Shown: piece by piece, positions 54,778 to 64,000 of the stretch | Position numbering within the stretch: position 1 is the stretch's first letter | Layout: each line of letters opens with the position of its first letter | From: Cycas panzhihuaensis | Lineage: Eukaryota > Plantae > Cycadophyta | Length of the DNA stretch: 64,000 nucleotides | NCBI GenBank assembly: GCA_023213395.1 | Contig: CM041465.1 | Coordinates: 231,267,741 to 231,331,740 of the forward strand | Reading direction: 5' to 3' | Position numbers and translations under genes: made by a program | The notes under the pieces: model-generated | Told to the model about the DNA's origin: nothing | Databases searched by the model: none | Seen by the model: only the letters and a program-made list of their open reading frames with translations

Positions 54778-56600
54778 ATGGAAAGGCGATGGGCACACTT
54801 AATAGATAGGATGTGAGTAGTTATACCAAGACCAAGAACTAGGAGAACAAGAAATCTACGCAAGGAAGGAAAAGAAAAAAGAAGCAAGCGATGGAAATGG
54901 AATGGCAACATATGACAATCACCTTCTGAGAGTTAGATAATGAGAAGATTCAAAGACAATGGCAAGAAATACAACTAGAAGATGAATGTAGGAGGAAGAT
55001 TACTAATGCATGATTAGACTAGTGTGTACTGGTCAAAGTCCTTCCTAATATATATAGCTTCTTATTAATAGTAATGGTGTTGGTGATGTAGTATCCATCC
55101 TTGTTAGATTATTTAGTGGAAGTAATTATAAAAGTAATGGGGTTACCAAATGAGGGCTAAGATATTCCCAAGGATAAATAAATATTTAGGGAACAAGTTA
55201 TATAGGAAATTTGAGCCAAAGAGTTAAACATCTCTTCTTTAGGAATTTGAATTTCAAGCATCTCTTCAAAGGAAATGTATTAGATAACTCACTTTATATT
55301 TACAAGAGTTATCCTTGGCTAAAAAAATTCATTCATGCCAACTCATTTACAAACGATATTGATTAAAGTTACAGAAGCCTAGAAATTTAACTGGCCTAAA
55401 TTTATAGCTGCTAAGTTTTCAAGGAATTAGGAAGTAGTAAGAGGTGCTACTTAATCTATTTTATTCTTTTATCCTACTTTATTTCAAGGATTACTTTTTT
55501 CACAATGTCCAGGGATTCAACTACCAGTGGTTGAAGAAGGACAACCTCTTCTAGCCAAATGGACAGAGTTGTATTCAAGGGATCAAGGATGAGGTACCTC
55601 ATAATTAGTGGAGCTATATAAACAAGTTAGTGATTGGCTTCATGCAAGGTGGTAGGCTAGTACTCCCCAATCAAGTCCAAAAGTAGAAGAAAATTTGGAG
55701 GAAAAGCTGTGGATAGAGGAAATGTCATAGAGCCCAACAGGAAGGCAAGACTAGAGGCATAGAGAAAAGAATAATTTGAAGGTAGAAATAAGGGAGGGAA
55801 AGCGAAAACTAGGAGAATAACCTATCACAGAGGAAAAGCAAGTGGAACAAGAATAGAAAAAGCCAAAAACAGTTGAGCCTTTAAAGTATGATGAAGAGGA
55901 GAAATACAAAAGGAGGAAGCAGGCAGTTGAAAAAATGTGGTAAGAAATCTTAGAGGCATTGAACAATTAACCACTAGAAGCAGAATTTAATTAGTTGGAG
56001 GATTACTTAGAGGAGGGCCTTAATTTGTTATATTATGATCCACAGGATGTCTCCTAATGGAGAACTTCCTTTTTGGCTAGAATCATAAGGCAACTTGTAA
56101 TAGAGTTGGAGTAAAGGAATAGAAGACCACCACCGAGTATGCAGAGAATTCAAATTTTGGAAGATAAATTGGTAGCAATAGAAGCCCAATTAGAATTTTT
56201 GAAAGAATTTATTTTGTTATGGGCCAATGATACTGATGGAATTCCTTCGAAAGTACAAGTATTTAAAAGTCATTTCCAGCAAGAGATTCCTCCAGGATTA
56301 TATGATGTGATTCTTAAATTAGGCACATAGATATTAGAGACTAAGGAGGATGCAAAATATACAAATAAGTTTTGGTCAAGAATTTATCACTTGCGCTAGG
56401 ATTTGAAGAGAATGGAGAAGTTCCATGAAGTAAACGAGGAAATTTTGAAGCTATACAAAGGGGGGAAATTAGCATTGGCATAATTAGATGTACTACAAGA
56501 TGTCACGGTCATGGTGGACCATTATCGATCATAGGGAATTCGAATTCTGGTGACCATTGGATAATCAGACATAAATTATATTCATCAACAATGAACTAGT
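54778..56600 (+). pseudogene. Extra sense ORF between pol and 3' LTR (env-position ORF of unknown function)
   Basis: Long reading frame broken mostly by C>T/G>A stops: MEMEWQHMTITF, VIIKVMGLPNEG, KFNWPKFIA, FYPTLFQGLLF, then an E/K-rich and coiled-coil-like part (ORF 56139-56330 MQRIQILEDKLVAIEAQLEFLKE). Confidence 0.65.
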
Positions 56601-56700
56601 TACATAGAGAGTTCAATGAGATGTGAATAATTGGTAATTAGATGTGTGGGGGTAGAAATAACATACAATTTTATAAAAGACTCTAATTTTTTATACGGTT

Positions 56701-57251
56701 AGATCATGGTTAGTAGTCAGGATGACAAGTAGATTATAGCTCAGGTTAGGATTATGAACAAATCATGATTTGGATTAAGATTGGGAGTAGATTACAGTTC
56801 GGGATGGATTGCAAGTAGATCGTGGATCAAGCTGAGATCACAAGAAGATCGTGGTTGGGGCTAAGATCATAAGCAAATCATAGTTTGGGCCAAGATTACG
56901 AGTGGATCATGGTTGGGGCTAAGATCACAAGCAGATCATGGTTGGGGCTAAGATCATGAGCAGATCACAGTTCAAACCAACATCACGAGTAGATCATGCT
57001 TTGGGTTAAGATCACAAGCAGATTATAGTTTGGGTCAACATCATAAGCAAATCATGCTTTGGGTCAAGATCGCGAGCAAATCATGGTTCAGGTCAATATC
57101 GAGAGCAGATCGTAGTTTTGATCGCGATCATGAGCAAATCATGGTTTAGGTCGACATTGTGAACAGATCGTGGTTCAAGTCGAGATCATGAGCAGATTGT
57201 GGTTCGAGTCAAGATTACAAGCAAATCAGAGTTCAGGCTAAGATTATAAAT
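56701..57251 (+). repeat. 29-bp tandem array in 3' LTR, 19 units
   Basis: Same unit as 47633-48005, counted unit by unit. Confidence 0.92.
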
Positions 57252-57660
57252 AGATCACAGCCTACTACAAGTACAAGCTGGTCAAAGAATATAGTTATGA
57301 ACAAATTGTAATCCCTTTTGAACACATCAGTGAATTAATCATTGTGTCAATTATAACTTATCATGGTTAAAACCGTTGGAAATTATATATATAAGGGCAA
57401 AAAGGAAGGGATGAAAAGGGTGTAATAGTAGCAAGTAGGTAGAAAGAGATACATATAAGTATATGATTATAATCTTTAGTGTAAGTATGGTTTAGCTATT
57501 GACTTTTAATGTACTACTAGGTTTGTGTCTAGTTGTGAGAGGACCAGACACAATTCCCTTTCTTAATGGTATTGTGTTTTGCATCATATTAGTTGTCCCT
57601 TGTACTTGCATAATTCATTAAAGAGTAATGGGTAAATTAGGTAAATGAATAGGTGCACAA

Positions 57661-57699
57661 CACACACACACACACACACACAATATATATATATATATA
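57661..57699. repeat. (CA)n(TA)n microsatellite at the 3' end of the Gypsy element
   Basis: LTR terminus ..gtgcacaa runs into (ca)11 then (at)n. Confidence 0.95.
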
Positions 57700-60600
57700 A
57701 CACATTCTATGGGGTAATTTTAAATAATTAAATTTTATAGATTTCCATTTATTCTATAGAGATCCTTTTGCTACAAACTCTATATCTATAAAAACTCTTT
57801 AAATGTTATTTCTAATTGTATAAGATTAGCCTGATTTTTAATTATATAGCTCAAGTGATAACCATTTTTATACAGGGTATATAAGTTGTCCTATATATGA
57901 TAAATTTCACACATTGACAAATTATACATCTTAAAGAACTTTTTTGTTCAAAATTAAAAACCTATTTCAATTGGTTAGCAGTTATTTAATATGTTATGTT
58001 CCTTTCTCTTTAGTATTCATATTAGTTAAGCTCATTTTTAAGTAATTGTAACTCCCTTTTCGTCACATTTTTCCTTTAACCTCATCTTTTACATATTTAA
58101 CATTATCCTTTACTTACACAACTAAATCCACCCTTAGAAGTAGGTTTTTCAAGGAAAACATAGGTGGGGGTAAAAGCTTTGAGAAATATACACATTATAA
58201 TATTGAAAATGAATCACTCATCAACCAAATTATCATAATAAAAAAATTGGTTTAAAACAATGCTTTCTTTGTTGAAGTTACTCAAAAGTTAATGCAACAA
58301 TTTATTAATTATGTGTTCTTCCTCGTCTAAGAACATGAAAATTGGAATAAAATTTGGCATACAACCATACAATAGCTCTAAATATATTTATAGGATAAAT
58401 ACTTAAGTGATAAACATGAACATATGATTTGACAATAACCATATTACATTGAATTAAGCTTTACAAAGCTTAAGTTGAATAGTGTAACTAAATAATCTAT
58501 TTAAGTAGGGAGCATAAGCAAAATCAAATAACCATGTGGGATGGGTTGGTGGATGCATTGAAGGAAAATTCTTAACCTTCTTTATATTTGCAAGCTCTTA
58601 CGATACATTTGTTACAACCAAGTCATAAATTTATACAAAGTGTCCATAGTTATATTAAAGAGTTTCTTCATCTTATAATTTAATTGCATATTAATGATAA
58701 TGAAAAAACTTTGATCTTAGAGTTTTAAAGTGGATTGGTACGTTCCATTTATAGAGAACTTTAATTGGGTAAAGTTTATTGTTATCCTTTCAATACTTCT
58801 TTTATTTCTAATAAGTTTTATTCTAGAGAATCATTATCTATGCTACTAATTATGTTATCATTAGGTAATTCTACATTATTATTAATACCATTATATTCAT
58901 TAATTGGTTCATTATTTTTGTTAATAAAAGTTTTCCTAATATCAAAAGCATGCAAATAATTGAAAGAAGGCTTGTTCACCTCATAAGCTCCTTTGATCTA
59001 GTTTATCAAATAAGAAGTAGTTTCTCTACTATTTGAAAGTAGGTTGGGTCAAAGTTTGCCATGGCAATTGGACTTTTATTTATAAGGATTATTTATTATA
59101 CTAGCTTCTTCCACTACTTTGTAAGGCATTATTTTATTAAATGAGCTAGTCATCTTTTTTTTTATAATTATTATATTAAAGGCATCATTGAGGATCATTT
59201 CAATCATATTCCTCCACTTCCCCATCATTGGTATTGACATGAATTTGTCATTATATTTGATAATAAACATTTTCTACTTGTATTTTTACAAACACTAGAG
59301 CCACGGACAACCTAATATTGTAGTGCATGGACATCTCTATAATCATAAATTCCATCATAATAATAATTCTTGCAATATTAGATTTCATATTCAATACTAT
59401 TCCCAATGGTCATACTTATTGCACGTTACCCAACTTAATCGAGCATTATTGTAACCAACTTAAGGCTTCCTATTTTCTTCCATGTATTAACAAGCATAAT
59501 ATTTAGTACTAATTTTCCATTAATGATCATGAATATTTCTCCCATTATTATCATGGTTACTATAGGATCTTCATTGATATTTGGAAGTATCTTATTAATA
59601 TTTTGCACAACTATATTAAAATCACTTAATTATAATGCACCAACTTATATCTATTGGATGACTTATATTAGCCATATGATTAGTTTTAATTACTCTACTA
59701 TATGCTTTAAGAACTTTAATAGCTTTTATATATCCTTATCTAACAACCTTATAAATGGATTTTCCATCTCCACATATTCCACAGGTTAACAAGGACTTGA
59801 TGGCAATGCCAACTCACTTCTTATAAGAGATGCCTTTCTTCTATATACTTGTTTAATATTTGTCTTGAATAAGGTTGGGTGATTGGCCTTCGCTTCCTTC
59901 ATACGACCCTTTAAAATCTTCTTTACAATTACAAATTAGTTAGGTTAATCTGATTCCTCCTACAATGGTCTCATATTTAACCCACTTCTTGTTTGTAATT
60001 TAACTGATCTAGGTAATGTTAGGGTGTCATCGATGATTATACTAGGATGGGTAGTTTTGATATTAGGTTAATTTTCCAAATCATGGTCTCCTAGCTTAAA
60101 TTTATGATAAATGCATGTACAATTGTTATTAACCTTTTCATAAGAATGTTCAGGCCTTAAGTGTTAAATTTTCCAAATAAAACATACATCTTCCTACTAT
60201 TATTTTTTCTTAAGTGGGTCTATTGCTATCTTGGCAATGCATGATGACTTGATTTGTATGTTTCTATATCTACCTCGACCTTTCTCCCTATTGTTATTAT
60301 GATGCTTATTATAGTAATAATCATGTTGATTGTGTGTTATCAACTCATAAATGGAACACTATTTCTCCTCCAAATTACAATCTCACCTTATTTTTAGTTT
60401 CTTATTATTGTTGGACCTTTATACTTTTTATGGCTCAAAAATCTTCTTGCCCTTCTTGAGTTCCAACTTTGAGTAATCTCCTCCCTAAGAGCTTCCATAT
60501 CTAGGTTTTCCATATGTTGTATAGAATTTTTGCATATAATTCTCTAAGTTCATCCCTTAATATCTTTAACATATTATCTTAGCCAACTATCTCCTCTTAT

Positions 60601-61220
60601 GTTCATTTATTCTCAAATTTTAAGGTTAATTTCTTTACTTCTACTAAATTTCAATAGGGTATAACTTAAGTGAATATCATAGATTATTGTTAATCCATTC
60701 ATTAAATAATTCTTCATCGAGTAATCTAGCACCTTTGTTCATTTGTTATATTACTAAATATGGTTATCATTCTATTAGCAAAACTTAGGACTCACTTTCC
60801 TCATAACTATTAAGTTTCTCTAAGTGCTTGAATTACTATGCAACTTCTAAAATCTCTCATGGAATTATGTTATGATATTTTCTCATGCCATGGTATTAGT
60901 ATCTAATTCTCTATACCATACTAAGTGAACTCCTTTGAGGGTGTATGAAAACATTCTCTTAATGTTTGCATCATCCTCAATCTTCCTTATTATTGCAATT
61001 ATCTTAAATAGATATAAATGTTCTACTATGCTCATAGTTCCATCAAAGATCAAATGGTTGAAGGCATTTTAATTATAATAATCCATTAACATTATGGGGT
61101 TATCCATCTTGGTCTATGTTTAGGCAAGGAACATTTATAATGGATGTATTGATAAAGTTTGATGATAAACTGGCTTCTAGCAAAAACTTTAGCTTCCCAC
61201 TAGCCTTAAACATTGGGTTG
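57700..61220 (-). mobile_element. Degenerate Gypsy fragment (gag, protease; no RT seen), apparently related to the 47.6 kb element
   Basis: gag FDGTMSIVEHL.LF..RMFSYTLKG..VWY..FHERF (~60850-61050); PR DPIV..IING..LNYM..TWKKIG (~59470-59580) and ILGCPWL (~59300); candidate PPT aaatccaccctt (~58125) with an LTR starting TGTGT to its left. Confidence 0.65.
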
Positions 61221-61227
61221 CTTCATA

Positions 61228-61272
61228 GTATCTACCTATCTATCTATCTATCTATCTATCTATATATCTATA

Positions 61273-61349
<77 letters not shown>

Positions 61350-61352
61350 ATA

Positions 61353-61392
<40 letters not shown>
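61228..61392. repeat. (TATC)n/(TA)n compound microsatellite
   Basis: Direct reading. Confidence 0.97.
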
Positions 61393-61394
<2 letters not shown>

Positions 61395-61399
61395 TATGC

Positions 61400-63100
61400 C
61401 TATTTCAATCCCTAGTATCTACATTATAAGTGGTGTTACTATAAAAAAATGTTATTGCTTAGTTCTAGTGGTGTGTCAAAAATATTTTAAGTGAAATAAT
61501 TTTCCTCATGTGCTTAGAGACCTCCTTCTATATTTTCTTCATGATCACTTATGCTCTATGAATTTATTCTCTTATCCTATTTAGGACTTTACTTAAATAC
61601 TATTGGTGTCTTATTGAGGTTTGATAAATAGGCCTTTCATATTATTGATGTTATCTCTAGTGCCAATACACTTATTCCATTCTTAGTTGTATAGGGTGTT
61701 AAAGTTTTATTATTGGCTAACTTCTTGGTAGGCTTATCCTTCCTTAATAGTTTCTCTATTCTCTATAACTTATGCTCATCCCATTATATCACTCTTTATG
61801 AATATGACTTAGGTATCCCTTTATTTAGAGACTACTTAGGTGGCATTGGAAGGCCACTTGATTATTGAGGATTTAGTTAGAACTCACCATGATAATGACA
61901 ACCTGGATCGTTATTAATTTAGGCACGTGCCCCATACCTAATGAGACTTAATTTCATTTCTTTAGTTTAGGATTTTAGGAAACATAACCAATGTCCATTG
62001 AAACTCAACACATTAGCAATTTCATACTAGCATGCTTGCCTTTTACTACATGTCCTTCAATTTAGCTTTTATTTCCATCATTAGGCCCTCAACATCCTTG
62101 TCATTTTATTACAAATTTATGCTCATATACATGCATATATTATAAAGGAAACACTTATATAAGCATACCTATATATACTATAGGTATGTTTTCCTTGTAA
62201 TAATTCCATTAAATGATTTCCAAGTACATTATGTAAGAATGCTTCATCTTTGGGTATGCTTTAATACATTAGCTCCCACATTAAGAACTAGGTAAGAATA
62301 CCTTATTTATACCCAAAATGGTGATTATTTTGACCAATAGTTACATCCATTCATAATAATCATTGACATTTCATAATAAATCATGACTTTCATATATGTC
62401 GATATAGACATTTGGAACTTTTCAATCTAGTTTATACTATTCCATTATGCTTTATGTCTTTTTGACAAACCATTATTAAGCAATCACTCTTATTCCCTTC
62501 TAATTGTCCCCATACCATTCCTTTCTGGTATTCATTCCCTACCAGTTATTACTTAGACCTATAACTATTATGCCCATTCTTATAATATTTCTAACCATTC
62601 TTACAACTACTAACAACTATTTTGAAGTGGATTTTCATGATTTTCTTTACTAAATTTTATAATTCTAACTATTATCAGTATTCTTAAAGTCATTCTTTAT
62701 AAGGACATCACTCCAAGCTAATCAAATCTCCAAATCCTTCTTGTATGGGTTACTTCTAAATCATCATGCTTCTTATTTATGTACATATGCATGTAAAGAC
62801 TTTATTTATCTCTCAACTCTTGTTCTAATGTAAAGTTATTTTCATTTTATATCTTCTATTCACCCTATCTAAAGTGAAAGCCTATTCCATATTCCACCAG
62901 GTGTTCAAAATGAACCATCTACTTCTTGTTTACATTTTTGTATATCCTATGTAAGGTGGAAGCTACTTTCACACTCCACCAAGTATGAAGATACACAAAC
63001 TTTATGTCTATTAGAGTAGTTAGCTATTTGAGTCATGATGTGCTTCGAGGTACTAGACTTATGCTTTTAACACCTTGGATGATATTATTTATTTTATAGT
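61400..63100 (-). mobile_element. Possible further Gypsy gag fragment
   Basis: Weak minus-strand gag-like remnants (A**WF..E*YKL at ~62430-62490; NVNDYYEWM at ~62350). Confidence 0.35.
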
Positions 63101-63480
63101 GGCTTACATAATACAAAATCTAACCCGATTGCTTTGGATAAGTAGCATAGATAGTAGAGCACATGATATGAGTAAGGGAAGAATAGAGGGATAGAATAAT
63201 TATAAGGGTAGAAGGCAGATATAGAATTTCACAAATATCTTTGATTATATTATAAATTTAGCTAAGGAACATAATTTATACAAGAAATCTCCACCAAGTA
63301 AAAGAATAAGTTCATAGTTTTTTCTAATGACTAATGGAGTATTAAAAACAAAGATTAGATGAAAAGGCTATGAAGTAATGAAGTTCATCCTTTAGTTGAA
63401 ATTCTTTTAAGTGTGAGTCCCTTCACAATCCCATAAATGAAGAAGTGAATGGAGTGTTTTAGGTGTCTATCTCTGAAACC

Positions 63481-63665
63481 ATAAATACAAAGGAGATTAC
63501 TTTATGATCTTGTAAATAAAAGAATGAAGGACCTCCAATATCACAATTACAAATACAAAGGTAATTATCTCACAATCTTGTAAACAAATGAATAAAAGAC
63601 CTTTAACATCCTAATTATAAAAATGAAGGGCAATACAAAGGTAAAGCCCTTGCAATCTTATAGAT
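63481..63665. repeat. ~68-bp degenerate tandem repeat (2 full plus partial copies), probably within an LTR
   Basis: ataaatacaaaggagattac..tcttgtaaat at 63481 and acaaatacaaaggtaattat..tcttgtaaac at 63549; partial copies at 63617 and 63631. Confidence 0.7.
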
Positions 63666-64000
63666 GAGCATTTGAGAGCTAAATACTCACCAAAGAGTTG
63701 ACAAAATGTGAAAACAAAGGGATAAATAATTGAACATCACAGTTTGACTCATAACTTTTGCATTTAATATTAGAATCATGTCAAACCACTTGAACAAGCT
63801 AAAACTACTTAGAAATTTCCTATAGGGAGAAAACTTTATAAAATGGAGGTAGTGGGTAGTTGATAGTTATATAAATAGTGGCAATTGTGAGTATATTTTA
63901 AGGGCCACTATGTATACCATTTTAGCTATCGAGGTCATATTCCTCTTTAAGCATTAATGATATTTATAATAGAGAATAAAATGATGCCTAAAATGAGTAT

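Noticed and set aside
56701-57251. 29-bp periodic array as a CRISPR array
   Set aside because: Head-to-tail units with no unique spacers, located inside LTRs, no cas genes, eukaryotic context

Overview
AT-rich, CpG-depleted intergenic DNA from a large-genome land plant (gymnosperm-like by element types; organism is an inference). No host gene, tRNA or rRNA is visible. The window is a stack of old, nested, C>T-eroded retrotransposons. (1) A gag-only Copia-type LTR element (2049-9874, minus) with a second gag-only Copia-type element (4718-8928, plus) nested inside it. (2) A decayed LINE remnant (~9.9-12.4 kb, minus). (3) A full-length chromovirus-type Gypsy (12585-19250, plus). (4) A near-complete L1 LINE with RNase H (~19460-32640, plus) split by a full Copia (22174-29157, minus, AAATA TSD). 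(5) A second chromovirus (~33220-37930, minus) carrying a solo LTR in its protease. (6) An internally deleted Tat/Ogre-like element (~38.2-45.1 kb, minus). (7) A 2.07 kb compound dinucleotide microsatellite. (8) An unusual non-chromovirus Gypsy (~47633-57666, plus). (9) Further gag/protease fragments on the minus strand. Element 8 is the most notable. It has a tRNA-Glu-like PBS, CpG-rich 29-bp tandem arrays in both LTRs, two extra capsid-like modules in frame between protease and RT, three hairpins after pol, and a ~600-codon extra ORF before the 3' LTR, and it has (TA)n/(CA)n tracts at both ends. All alignments and translations were done by eye, so boundaries without TG..CA/TSD support are approximate.
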